In this document: piece by piece, positions 9,325-18,611 of the stretch
Layout: the number at the start of each line of letters is the position of its first letter
Numbering within the stretch: position 1 is the stretch's first letter
Assembly (NCBI GenBank): GCA_948890655.1
Contig: CAQTYU010000006.1
Span: 7,655-71,654, forward strand
DNA: 64,000 nt
Direction: 5' to 3'
DNA from: Christensenellaceae bacterium
GTDB lineage: Bacteria > Bacillota > Clostridia > Christensenellales > Borkfalkiaceae
Position numbers and translations under genes: made by a program
The notes under the pieces: generated by a model
What the model saw: the letters and a program-made list of their open reading frames with translations, nothing else
Database searches by the model: none
What the model was told of the DNA's origin: nothing

Positions 9325-11376
9325 ATGATTAACAGAAAGGCTTTGTTTTGCGACGAGACTGAAAATTTTAAATTCCCTTACGAGCCCGACGCGGGCAATA
9401 CGGTTAAATTGAAAATACGCACGCTGGCGAACGACGTTTTAAAGGTTTACGCAATGATAAACGGAATTAAGCGCACGGCTGTGAAGATTAAGAGCGTGAA
9501 CGGTTTTGATTATTACGAGACTTCGTTTAAATGCCCCGAAAAGCCCGTGCATTATCATTTTGAGTTGTTCGACGAGGACGATAAGGTTTGTTATAACCGC
9601 CTTGGTTGCGTTGAAAACGCGCAAGCGGAATACGATTTTTCGTTTGTTCCCGGCTTTAAGGTGCCGGACTGGGCCAAGGGCGCGGTGTTTTATCAGATTT
9701 TTACGGACAGGTTCTGCAACGGGAATCCCGACAACGACGTTGACGACAACGAGTATTATTACACTAAATCGCACTCAAAAAGAATAAGAGAGTGGGATAA
9801 GTTTCCGGACGATTTGGACGTGCACAACTTTTACGGCGGGGATTTGCAGGGCGTTTGGTGCAAGCTCGATTATTTGCAGGATTTGGGCGTGGAGGCGGTT
9901 CTGTTCAATCCGCTGTTCGTTTCGCCTTCAAATCACAAGTACGACACGCAGGATTACGATTATATAGACCCGCATTTAGCGGTTATAGAGGACGATTGCG
10001 ACCACAGAATGCAGTTCTGGGAAAAGCATAACGGTTTTGCGCCAAAGTATATAAAGCGTTCCACTTCGCTTAAAAACCTTGAGAAGAGCAACGAATATTT
10101 TGCTTTGCTTGTAAAAGAAATGCACCGCCGCGGTATGCGCATAGTTATGGACGGCGTGTTCAATCATTGCGGTTCGTTTAACAAGTGGCTTGACAGAGAA
10201 GGGATATATTTGAATAAGGAGGGCTATGAAGTCGGCGCGTATCAGTCGGCGAAGAGCCCTTACAGAAGTTATTTCAAATTTAAAAAGCCTGCGGAAGCTA
10301 AGAGCGCTTACGAGGGATGGTGGGGCTATGAAACCCTGCCTAAGCTTAATTACGAGCACAGCCGCGAGCTGGAGGATTATATTCTATCAACCGGCGCAAA
10401 GTGGGTTTCGGAGCCTTATAATGCAGACGGATGGAGGCTGGACGTTGCCGCCGATTTGGGGCACAGCGAAAGATTTAACCACGCGTTCTGGAAAAAATTT
10501 CACCAACGCGTGAGGGAGGATAATCCGGAAGCTTTTATATTTGCCGAGCACTACGGCTCGCCGGCAAAGTGGTTTGCTGGTTGCGAGTGGGATTCGGTGA
10601 TGAATTACGACGCGTTTATGGAACCGGTGACATATTTTTTAACCGGTATGGAAAAACACAGCGAGAGCTTCGACGCGGGCAGGCTGCACGACGGGAAGCA
10701 GTTTTTCGACACGATAATCAAGAATATGGCGCGCTTTCCCCGTCCTGCGCTGGACGCGGCTTTGAACCAGCTTTCAAACCACGACCATTCGCGTTTTTTA
10801 ACGCGCACTAACCGCACGGCGGGCAGGCTTGCGACGAAAGGACCGCATGCGGCGGCTGAGGGCGTGGACGCGCGCACTATGGAGCTTGCCGTTTTGATTC
10901 AGATGACGTGGCCAGGTTCGCCCGGCGTATATTACGGAGACGAGGCGGGGCAGGTAGGCTGGACGGACCCCGACAGCCGCAGAACGTACCCTTGGGGGCG
11001 CGAGGACAGGGGGCTTTTGGAATTTCATAAGGCCGCCATTGCGTTAAGAAAGCGCATAAGCTGCCTTAAAATGGGGAGCGTTAAGCCGCTTGACGCGGGA
11101 AACGGTTATATTGCTTACGGACGTTTTGACAAAAACGATTGTTGCGTGGTGGTTTTAAACTGCTTAGACAACGAAATTTCTTTAAGCGTGCCCGTTTGGG
11201 AGATAGGAGTTCCGCGCAACGGCGCTAAGATGACGAGAAAATTCTTTTGCGGCGGCTGGGATTTTTCAAGCGTGGAAACAGAGAGCGAGGTTAAGTACGG
11301 AAGGCTTTTCGTGACTCTGCCCGAGCAGTCGGCGTGCGTGTATTGTTATAATTTTGAAAAGAGTTCAAACGTTTGA
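9325..11376 (+). CDS. GH13 alpha-amylase-family glycosidase (neopullulanase/cyclomaltodextrinase-like)
   Basis: The 683-aa product carries the GH13 conserved regions DGVFNH, GWRLDVAADL, FAEHYG and SNHDHSR, plus the N-terminal FYQIFTDRF motif. Confidence 0.85.
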   Translation: MINRKALFCDETENFKFPYEPDAGNTVKLKIRTLANDVLKVYAMINGIKRTAVKIKSVNGFDYYETSFKCPEKPVHYHFELFDEDDKVCYNRLGCVENAQAEYDFSFVPGFKVPDWAKGAVFYQIFTDRFCNGNPDNDVDDNEYYYTKSHSKRIREWDKFPDDLDVHNFYGGDLQGVWCKLDYLQDLGVEAVLFNPLFVSPSNHKYDTQDYDYIDPHLAVIEDDCDHRMQFWEKHNGFAPKYIKRSTSLKNLEKSNEYFALLVKEMHRRGMRIVMDGVFNHCGSFNKWLDREGIYLNKEGYEVGAYQSAKSPYRSYFKFKKPAEAKSAYEGWWGYETLPKLNYEHSRELEDYILSTGAKWVSEPYNADGWRLDVAADLGHSERFNHAFWKKFHQRVREDNPEAFIFAEHYGSPAKWFAGCEWDSVMNYDAFMEPVTYFLTGMEKHSESFDAGRLHDGKQFFDTIIKNMARFPRPALDAALNQLSNHDHSRFLTRTNRTAGRLATKGPHAAAEGVDARTMELAVLIQMTWPGSPGVYYGDEAGQVGWTDPDSRRTYPWGREDRGLLEFHKAAIALRKRISCLKMGSVKPLDAGNGYIAYGRFDKNDCCVVVLNCLDNEISLSVPVWEIGVPRNGAKMTRKFFCGGWDFSSVETESEVKYGRLFVTLPEQSACVYCYNFEKSSNV

Positions 11377-11402
11377 AACTCTTGCATGTTGGGGGGCAAT
11401 TT

Positions 11403-11927
11403 GTGAAGGCGGCGGCGGTTAAAATCAATTTTGAGCTTATCGACGAAATAATCAGGGAATCGTTTGCAGAGGGGCTTATGCCTGAAACGGACAGAACGCT
11501 TTATTACAAAATAAATTTGCAATGCGGAAACGCGGGGTTATACGCTTTCGGAGCGAGCGTGTACGCCGAAGATATTAAGGCGACAGAGGCTTTTTATGAA
11601 AAGTGCGGTGACGCGGAAAGCGCCGGAATTCTTATTAAAAATGTTTCTGATTATGAAGATTTTGCTTTTGTCCGCACGGACAGGCGGTCTATGTTAAGGT
11701 TAATTGCCGAACACATAACGGCTATGCCCGTGAGCGGTATGCCGAAAAACAAATACGTTGCGGCGATTGATTTTTTCGGCGAAACGGAAGAAGATTTAAG
11801 GTGCGTTGCCGTGGTTGTTTGCGAAAAGCAGAAAGACGAAAAATTCGATTTGTGTGAAGTGGACGGGTTAAGCGGCTTTTCCAACGGGGATTTTAACGGT
11901 TTTTATAAGGTTACGAAATTAAAGTGA
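11403..11927 (+). CDS. hypothetical protein
   Basis: The ORF is open from 11373. I place the start at GTG 11403, 6 nt after a GGGGGG SD-like run. No family is recognised. It sits between the GH13 gene and glgB. Confidence 0.5.
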   Translation: MKAAAVKINFELIDEIIRESFAEGLMPETDRTLYYKINLQCGNAGLYAFGASVYAEDIKATEAFYEKCGDAESAGILIKNVSDYEDFAFVRTDRRSMLRLIAEHITAMPVSGMPKNKYVAAIDFFGETEEDLRCVAVVVCEKQKDEKFDLCEVDGLSGFSNGDFNGFYKVTKLK

Positions 11928-11960
11928 CCGTATTAAATAAAGCATATTACGGGGGTAATT

Positions 11961-14045
11961 ATGGAAAATAAATTTTTCGGGGATTTGGACAGATACCTTT
12001 TTCACCACGGAACGCATTACGAACTCTATAATAAAATGGGCGCGCATATCCGCGAAATAAACGGGGTAAGGGGCGTGCACTTCGTTTTGTGGGCGCCGAA
12101 CGCAAAGGCGGTTTGCGTTATATCCGACGGAAACGGCTGGACACCGTGGCGGGATATTATGGAAAAGGTTGACGACTCCATTTGGGAACTTTTTGTGCCC
12201 GGTATGTGCGAGGGCGTTAAGTATAAATTTCTTGTCGCCGGCGCGGACGGAAGAGAGGTGCAGAAAATCGACCCGTATGCTTTCCGCACTGAATTGCGCC
12301 CGCATAACGCTTCTATCGTTGCCGACCTTGAAAACTTTAAGTGGGGCGACGGGAAGTGGTGCAAGGAAAAGAAGGGCGAGAACTTCCTTGAAAAACCGAT
12401 GGCTGTTTACGAAGTGCATCTGGGCAGCTGGAAGAAAGACCTTTCAAAGTGGGACGAGGACCAGTATTTCGATTACAGAACGCTTGCGCACGAGTTGTGC
12501 GATTACGTAAAGTGGATGGGGTACACCCACGTTGAACTTATGGGTATTTGCGAATATCCCTTCGACCCGTCGTGGGGGTATCAGGTTACGGGCTATTTTG
12601 CCCCGACTTCGCGTTACGGTTCGCCCGAAGATTTTATGTATTTTGTAGACCATATGCACCGCAACGGCATAGGCGTTATTTTGGACTGGGTACCCGCGCA
12701 CTTCCCCAAGGATAGTTGGGGGCTTGCCGACTTTGACGGCACGCCTCTTTACGAATACGCCGACCCTTTGCGGGCGGAATATCCCGAGTGGGGTACCAAG
12801 GCGTTTGATTTGGGCAAAAAGGAAGTAAGCAACTTTTTAATTGCTTCGGCTTTTTTCTGGGTGGAAAAATATCACGTGGACGCGTTGCGCGTTGACGCGG
12901 TTGCCGCTATGTTATATACGAGTTTCGGCAGGGAACAGTGGCGGCCGAACGTGCACGGCGGAAATGAGAATTTGGAAAGCTTTGAATTTTTCAGGCACTT
13001 GAACAGCATAATGCGCCAGCGCACGGACGCTTTTTTAATCGCAGAAGATTCTTCTATTATAGAGGGGATTACGAAGCCCGCGAAAAAGGGCGGGTTCGGA
13101 TTCGGGCTTAAATGGAATATGGGCTGGATGAACGATTCCATTAAATATTATAACAAGGACCCCATTTATCGTCCTTACCACCACTATTTAATGACGCACA
13201 CCTTTGAATACATATTCGACGAGCATTATATGCTTGTGCTTTCGCACGACGAGGTGGTTTACGGCAAGGGGAGCATGATTAACAAGTTCCCCGGCAATAA
13301 ACAGGACAAGCTGGGCAGTTTGAAAACTGCCTACACGATGATGATGGGGCACCCCGGCAAAAAGCTTTTGTTTATGGGGCAGGACTTTGCGCAGGAACGC
13401 GAGTGGGACTATAAACGCGGTTTGGACTGGTATCTTTGCGACGACGCGGGGCACAGGGAAGTTTTGGAGTGCTACCGCGCGCTGTTGCACCTTTATAATG
13501 AGCGCCCCGTGCTGCACAACGACTGCGGCGGACCAGTAACATGCGAATGGATAAACAGCGGCGACTTTAACCGCAACATATTCACGTTTATAAGGCGCAA
13601 CCCGTGGAATTATAATAACGCGCTGATATTCGTTTGTAACTTTGCGCCCGTGGAGCGCTGGGAATTCGGCGTAGGCGCGCCCGTGGACGGCATATATAAG
13701 CGGGTGTTTACCACTTATCCCGACGGTAATCCGCTTGAGATTGAGGCGAAGGAAGAGCTTTGCGACGGCAGAAGATATAAGTTGACGTTTACGCTGCGTC
13801 CGTTTGAATCGGTTATTTTCGAGGTACCTTATAAAGAGGCAACCGAAGAGGAGAAAAAAGACGAAAAGACGGTAAAACGGCGCATCAAGCGCGAGCACGA
13901 CGAGGTCAAAAACGACCTTAGCCACGTACCGCAGGTGCCCGAATATGGCGAAGATAAGCGCGTTTTAAAGGCTGAAAAGGCAACGAAAACCGTGAAAAAT
14001 ACGACAAAAGAAACCGCAGTAAAAAAGAAAACTGTGAAAAAATAA
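11961..14045 (+). CDS. glgB: 1,4-alpha-glucan branching enzyme with a lysine-rich C-terminal tail
   Basis: The 694-aa product has typical GlgB N-terminal and catalytic blocks: VHFVLWAPNA, GYTHVELM, WGYQ, DWVPAHF, LRVDAV, IAEDSS, SHDEVV. Confidence 0.92.
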   Translation: MENKFFGDLDRYLFHHGTHYELYNKMGAHIREINGVRGVHFVLWAPNAKAVCVISDGNGWTPWRDIMEKVDDSIWELFVPGMCEGVKYKFLVAGADGREVQKIDPYAFRTELRPHNASIVADLENFKWGDGKWCKEKKGENFLEKPMAVYEVHLGSWKKDLSKWDEDQYFDYRTLAHELCDYVKWMGYTHVELMGICEYPFDPSWGYQVTGYFAPTSRYGSPEDFMYFVDHMHRNGIGVILDWVPAHFPKDSWGLADFDGTPLYEYADPLRAEYPEWGTKAFDLGKKEVSNFLIASAFFWVEKYHVDALRVDAVAAMLYTSFGREQWRPNVHGGNENLESFEFFRHLNSIMRQRTDAFLIAEDSSIIEGITKPAKKGGFGFGLKWNMGWMNDSIKYYNKDPIYRPYHHYLMTHTFEYIFDEHYMLVLSHDEVVYGKGSMINKFPGNKQDKLGSLKTAYTMMMGHPGKKLLFMGQDFAQEREWDYKRGLDWYLCDDAGHREVLECYRALLHLYNERPVLHNDCGGPVTCEWINSGDFNRNIFTFIRRNPWNYNNALIFVCNFAPVERWEFGVGAPVDGIYKRVFTTYPDGNPLEIEAKEELCDGRRYKLTFTLRPFESVIFEVPYKEATEEEKKDEKTVKRRIKREHDEVKNDLSHVPQVPEYGEDKRVLKAEKATKTVKNTTKETAVKKKTVKK

Positions 14046-14060
14046 AATTTTTGATATAAA

Positions 14061-14098
14061 GAATATCCCCGTGCAAAATCTGCACGGGGATATTCTTG
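14061..14098 (+). terminator. rho-independent terminator
   Basis: A 15-bp stem GAATATCCCCGTGCA (14061-14075) pairs with TGCACGGGGATATTC (14081-14095). The T tract is short. Confidence 0.6.
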
Positions 14099-14533
14099 CT
14101 GAAAGCTTGCCGTTTTTAAATAACTTACGCATTGTTTTAATAGTCAGATTTCCTTATAAGATAATTTTGACTGACGTAAAAAACCGCACAGCTTTAAAAG
14201 CGCGGCGGCTTCTGTCTGTTACGTTTTCAATAAGAAACTTTACGTTGGGTTGTGTTTAACGCTTTTGAAATATTGTCTTGCGAAGGTTTTTTTGTAATTC
14301 TGTTTTGTGCGGATATGTTTTTGCAGCCATTGCGGGTAATTTGTTTGAAGACCACAACGGCGACTTTAAGCTGTTTAAATCGACAAGCCCGTTTGAAAAC
14401 AAAGTTATATTGATAATACGCGACAAAATAAGAGAATTACGGTTACAGTACGTATCCTTTTGTATATTTTAGATATTTTTAAAAGACGAACGTAACGTCC
14501 GACGGCGCGAAAACGCAGTCGGACGTAATTTAT

Positions 14534-14562
14534 TTGACACTTTTCCGCCGCGGTAGTATAAT
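14534..14562 (+). promoter_or_regulatory. perfect-consensus SigA promoter (TTGACA-17-TATAAT) overlapping the first nadA ATG
   Basis: -35 lies at 14534-14539 and -10 at 14557-14562. The predicted TSS of about 14569-14570 coincides with the second in-frame ATG. Confidence 0.55.
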
Positions 14563-15484
14563 GAAACAGATGATTAAAGACTTGCAAAGAGAAATTTTAA
14601 AACTTAAGAAGCAAAAGGACGCGTGTATTCTGGCGCACAGCTATATGAGCGAGGACGTGTGCGAGATTGCCGACTTTGTGGGCGACAGCTACGCGCTTTC
14701 CGTTAGGGCGAAGAGCGTGCCGCAAAGCACCGTTTTAATGTGCGGGGTGAGATTTATGGCGGAAACGGTTAAAATGCTTTCGCCGAGCAAAAAAGTTTAC
14801 CTTGTCAACCCGCAGGCGGGCTGTCCTATGGCGGAGCAGTTTGACAAAGAGGTAATTGCGGAAGTAAAGAAAATGTACCCCGATTACGCTGTGGTGGCTT
14901 ATATAAACACAACAACCGAGCTTAAAACCATTGCGGACGTTTGTGTGACTTCGGCAAGTGCGGTTAAAATCTGCCGCGCGATTCCGCAAAAAAATATCCT
15001 TTTTATTCCCGACATAAATTTGGGCGCGTACGTTAAAGGGCTGGTTCCCGAAAAGAATTTTAAACTTTTGTCGGGCGGTTGTCCCACGCACGCTAAAATA
15101 GAAAAACACGATGTTATTGCGGCGAAAAAGGCGCACCCTGCGGCGCTTTTACTCGTTCACCCCGAGTGCAGGCCCGAAGTAACCGAAGCCGCGGATTTTG
15201 TGGGTTCGACCACGGGTATTATGGATTTTGCGATAAAATCGGACAAAAAAGAGTTTATTATAGGCACGGAAAATTCGATTGTGGAACACTTGCAGTTCAA
15301 GTGCCCCGAAAAGAATTTTTATCCGCTTTCAAAGGACCTTGTTTGTCACAATATGAAAATAACCACTTTGCCCGACGTTTTTAACTGTTTGTCGGGGCGA
15401 GGCGGCGAAGAGATTATTTTAGACGAGGAAACGCGGTTAAAGGCGGTTAAGTCTATTGAAAAAATGATAGAGTACGGCGGTTAG
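14561..15484 (+). CDS. nadA: quinolinate synthase
   Basis: NadA blocks are present: ILAHSYM, VGDSY, GVRFMAET, CPMA, AYINT, and GCP.H in the form GGCPTHA. The start could be ATG 14561 or ATG 14570, and neither has an SD. The track start 14534 is rejected. Confidence 0.88.
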   Translation: MKQMIKDLQREILKLKKQKDACILAHSYMSEDVCEIADFVGDSYALSVRAKSVPQSTVLMCGVRFMAETVKMLSPSKKVYLVNPQAGCPMAEQFDKEVIAEVKKMYPDYAVVAYINTTTELKTIADVCVTSASAVKICRAIPQKNILFIPDINLGAYVKGLVPEKNFKLLSGGCPTHAKIEKHDVIAAKKAHPAALLLVHPECRPEVTEAADFVGSTTGIMDFAIKSDKKEFIIGTENSIVEHLQFKCPEKNFYPLSKDLVCHNMKITTLPDVFNCLSGRGGEEIILDEETRLKAVKSIEKMIEYGG

Positions 15485-15639
15485 GAACGCGTATAAGCGG
15501 CGCAATAGGGCGTTTGGTTCCGCTTTTCTTAGGGTTGTTTACGGCTTAGTAAACTCCCCTTGAAAATGCCGCTCGCCTTGTCTTGCTTGCTTCTCTGCGT
15601 TTTTACGGTTGCGGTGTTTGCGATAAATCAGAGGGATAT

Positions 15640-16038
15640 ATGTTTATTACAACGAAGGGCAGGAACGCCTTAAAAATTATGGTGGATTTGGCGCGGCGCG
15701 AGGGTGAGGGCTTTATTTCGCTTGCCGACGTTGCCGAAAGACAAAAGGAAAGCCTGAAATATTTGGAGGCTTCGGCAAAGACGCTTTCTGCGGCGGGGCT
15801 GATTGTGAGCGCGCGCGGGAAAAGCGGCGGTTATAAGCTTGCGAAAAAGGCTGAAGAATACACCGCGGCGGAAATTTTGCAGGCGGGGGAGGGCACGCTT
15901 GCACCCGTTTCTTGTCTGAGCGGTTCAACTCCGTGTGAAAACGCTTGCACTTGCCAGACTCTGCCTCTTTTTAAAGAGCTGGACGAAGTGATTATGAATT
16001 TTTTAAATTCCAAAACGCTTGCGGATTTGGTGAAGTAG
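15640..16038 (+). CDS. Rrf2 family transcriptional regulator (IscR/CymR-like, Cys cluster present)
   Basis: The N-terminal winged HTH (TKGRNALKIMVDLAR, GGYKLAK) is typical of Rrf2. A C-X6-C-X3-C-X-C cluster lies near the C-terminus. A GAGGGA RBS precedes ATG 15640. Confidence 0.85.
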   Translation: MFITTKGRNALKIMVDLARREGEGFISLADVAERQKESLKYLEASAKTLSAAGLIVSARGKSGGYKLAKKAEEYTAAEILQAGEGTLAPVSCLSGSTPCENACTCQTLPLFKELDEVIMNFLNSKTLADLVK

Positions 16039-16083
16039 TGATTTAAAGACGTTTCCATACGTAATCTTATTAAAGTTAAGTTT

Positions 16084-16114
16084 AAAACGCGCGACATTGT
16101 TTTGCGCGTTTTTA
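16084..16114 (+). terminator. rho-independent terminator
   Basis: AAAACGCGC (16084-16092) pairs with GCGCGTTTT (16104-16112), followed by a T-run. Confidence 0.6.
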
Positions 16115-16175
16115 TTATGCAAAAGCAACGGGCTAATGTTCAATGGAATAAAAAACTTTGCTAATTATTGATTTT

Positions 16176-16351
16176 TTTAGCATAATATGATAAACTGATT
16201 ATGCTAAACTAACTTAATATGTATCGTTGGGGTATTTTTCTGTTTTAGAGAATATTTTTTTTGCGTTACGATAAAACTTGAATTTGATAAAATGCAAATT
16301 CCAAATCTTTATCGTAATGAGTATATCCCATTCGTATTAGGTTAGTTTAGC
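16176..16351. repeat. nested inverted repeats / about 150-nt imperfect palindrome in an AT-rich leader
   Basis: An 11-bp perfect IR TTTAGCATAAT (16176-16186) matches 16198-16208. An outer IR GCTAAACTAAC+TTAAT (16203-16218) matches 16336-16351. An inner IR TTACGATAAA (16266-16275) matches TTTATCGTAA (16308-16317). Confidence 0.7.
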
Positions 16352-16492
16352 GACAATCGGAATTTGCGTTTTTGTGCGTCAATTTCGGTTGGCGCACTTT
16401 TTATTTTTGGAGGAATTATTAATGATAAAAAGAACTTAAAAAATATTTGAAATACACAACTAATTATTCTAAATTTTTAAGGAGATTACATA

Positions 16493-18151
16493 ATGAAAAC
16501 ACAACTTTTTAAGAAAACGGCAATGTTAGCGCTAAGTATGTCGTTGTTGATTAGCTTTGCGTTCGGGTTAAATTTTGCGGGTTCAAGTTTAAGCAGCGAA
16601 TCGGCTGACGCAAAAACAGTAGGCGCAATATTTGACATAGGAGACGAAGTTTCAGACTTTAATTCCGAAAATTTGACAATACTTTACGACAGAATAAACC
16701 GCGGTTCAACTACCTATAAAGAGCTGAGCGACAGCCTTGGGACGGAGAACGGAAAGGTTTTGCGCACCTCTGCTCAAATGTCGGCATTAGGTATGACAAG
16801 TATATTATTGGGCGGATTGAAATGGAATGCTGTGGCGGCTTCAAAGGACGCTAACGGCGACGTGGTTTTAACGCTTTGGTTAGCCAACAGTCTTGCTTCC
16901 AAATCGTTTGCTAAATGTTCTTCAACTTCCGTAGGGAAATATGCGGCGAACGAATACGGAACGAGTTTTGTGCGGGCATGCATTGTCGGCGGAGATTACG
17001 CCGAAACTGCCTACGCAACAAACACGGCAACACAAGACGAAACGTTAAAAGCTTTTTTAAATAAATATGAATCGTTTATTATAACGCCTTCGCAAATAGA
17101 ATATCAAGGCGCTGAAAGAGCGTCTGTTTCGTGGGGCGAAAGTAACGATTACATTAATGAAGCGTATAATACTATTTCGGGCAGTTGGTCTTCTGCGACG
17201 GGGCAAATACAAAATTGTACGGGCTATGGGCAATGGAAGGACGATAAGCTATGGCTTCCTTCAAGAACGGAAACGGGTTATAATACATCCAATACGGGAC
17301 TTTGGAATTTGTCTGCCACCGTAAGAGCGGATAGCTGTCACACCTGGGTGCGTACAGGTACTACCGGGGGAAGCAGAGGAGAACAAACTTACGCAGTACT
17401 TTTGGGGAGCAACGGTAATAGTTTTTATACCGATAATGTCAACAGCTCCGGAGGGCGGCTTGGTTCAGGAACTACTTACGTTTCTTACGGCGTGCGCCCC
17501 GCATTTCATCTGAATTTAAAATCGGCAGCCAATGCGGCGGGACAGGACACCGGTGAGGACGCGGACGAAACGTACTCAGTCGCCGTCCCTACTTTTAATC
17601 CGACAACAGGGTTTGTATTGTCGGCAGACAAGATGACGGCTACTACTACATTTTCATCTGAAATGCGCACGATAAGCACAACCGAAATCAATGCAAGCAT
17701 AACTGTAACGCCGACAAATAATATAACGATTAACGGGGATATAATTACCCTTCCGAAAAACCTTGCGGCAGGAACTTATTATCTGACTATGAATTTACCT
17801 GAGAGCGGTTATATTTGGGAAGATACCGAAAACGCGGATGAAAGACAATTGATTATAATTATAAATGCCGAAGAGTCGAATCCCGATAAAGACACCGACA
17901 CCGATAAAGATACTGATACGGGTGCGGACACCGATACTGACACCGATAAGGATACTGATACGGGTGCTGATACCGATAAAGATACCGACGTGGGGACCGA
18001 TACGGATACCGGAGCAGATTCAGGCGCTGACAAGAATGACAATTTGTTTAAGACACTAAAAATTGTGCTCATCGTTTTAGGCGTTGTATTGCTGCTTGTT
18101 ATGCTGTTATTGCTTATTATATTCCTAAAAAAGCGCAATCGTAAAAAATGA
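16493..18151 (+). CDS. secreted, membrane-anchored surface protein with a DUF6273-like domain and a D/T-rich repeat stalk
   Basis: There is an N-terminal signal peptide. A WLPS...WVRTG...GVRPAFHLNL pattern is typical of DUF6273. An Asp/Thr-rich repeat follows, then a C-terminal TM helix and KKRNRKK stop-transfer. Confidence 0.75.
   Translation: MKTQLFKKTAMLALSMSLLISFAFGLNFAGSSLSSESADAKTVGAIFDIGDEVSDFNSENLTILYDRINRGSTTYKELSDSLGTENGKVLRTSAQMSALGMTSILLGGLKWNAVAASKDANGDVVLTLWLANSLASKSFAKCSSTSVGKYAANEYGTSFVRACIVGGDYAETAYATNTATQDETLKAFLNKYESFIITPSQIEYQGAERASVSWGESNDYINEAYNTISGSWSSATGQIQNCTGYGQWKDDKLWLPSRTETGYNTSNTGLWNLSATVRADSCHTWVRTGTTGGSRGEQTYAVLLGSNGNSFYTDNVNSSGGRLGSGTTYVSYGVRPAFHLNLKSAANAAGQDTGEDADETYSVAVPTFNPTTGFVLSADKMTATTTFSSEMRTISTTEINASITVTPTNNITINGDIITLPKNLAAGTYYLTMNLPESGYIWEDTENADERQLIIIINAEESNPDKDTDTDKDTDTGADTDTDTDKDTDTGADTDKDTDVGTDTDTGADSGADKNDNLFKTLKIVLIVLGVVLLLVMLLLLIIFLKKRNRKK
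17885..18031 (+). repeat. in-frame tandem repeat encoding a (D-T/K/G/A)n acidic stalk
   Basis: GAY-ACN/GAY-AAR units encode DKDTDTDKDTDTGADTDTDTDKDTDTGADTDKDTDVGTDTDTGADSGAD. Confidence 0.85.
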
Positions 18152-18212
18152 AAATAATTAAATTTTAATATAATATCCCGCAAATTGACGGCAAAACGTT
18201 TAATTGGTAAAA

Positions 18213-18245
18213 AAAGTTCCCGGATAAATTCCGAGAACTTTTTAG
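18213..18245. terminator. bidirectional rho-independent terminator
   Basis: AAAGTTCCCGG pairs with CCGAGAACTTT with one mismatch. It is flanked by an A-run and a T-run and lies between convergent genes. Confidence 0.65.
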
Positions 18246-18281
18246 TTTATCGGATAATTGTGTTTTTGCGAGCCGGCTTTT

Positions 18282-18485
18282 TTATTTTGCGTGGTATTCT
18301 TCGAACAAGTCGTTCGGCGTGCATTCCAGAATTTCGCACAAAGCTTGCAAGGTTGAAAATTTAATCATAGTCGTTTGGTTGTAAACTAATTTGTTGAAAT
18401 TTTGAAAACTCAAACCTAATTGCATGTTTAGCCAATATTTTGTTTTATCTTTTTCTTTTAAAATTTCTAAAATCCTCAATTTCAT
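18282..18485 (-). CDS. XRE/Cro-CI family helix-turn-helix protein (67 aa)
   Basis: The small HTH pattern is ...KYWLNMQLGLSFQNFNKLV...LCEILECTPNDLF. Confidence 0.8.
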   Translation of the reverse strand: MKLRILEILKEKDKTKYWLNMQLGLSFQNFNKLVYNQTTMIKFSTLQALCEILECTPNDLFEEYHAK

Positions 18486-18611
18486 ATCTCACCTCCGCAT
18501 ACACTAATTTAAACATTAGATAATGCAAAGATTATACGGAAAAAAATTGCTTGACATAAAGATATTATGATTAATATAATGTAAACATTAGCTATAATAA
18601 AGGCGGTGTAT

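Noticed and set aside
11358-11383. A tight palindrome AAGAGTTCAAACGTTTGAAACTCTT spanning the GH13 stop codon, considered as a terminator.
   Set aside because: It has no loop, a central palindrome and no T tract. The next gene starts within 30 nt, so read-through or co-transcription is more likely.
14071-14472. Two small ORFs (62 and 64 aa) and a possible NAD-type riboswitch upstream of nadA.
   Set aside because: The ORFs have non-ATG starts, no RBS and implausible sequences. I could not recognise any known riboswitch consensus by eye. Only a covariance-model scan could settle this.
17885-18031. Short periodic repeats here, and in the tape measure gene at 60585-61470, considered as a possible CRISPR array.
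   Set aside because: The repeats are in-frame coding repeats of 6-nt and 33-nt periodicity inside long ORFs. There are no unique spacers of CRISPR size and no cas genes.
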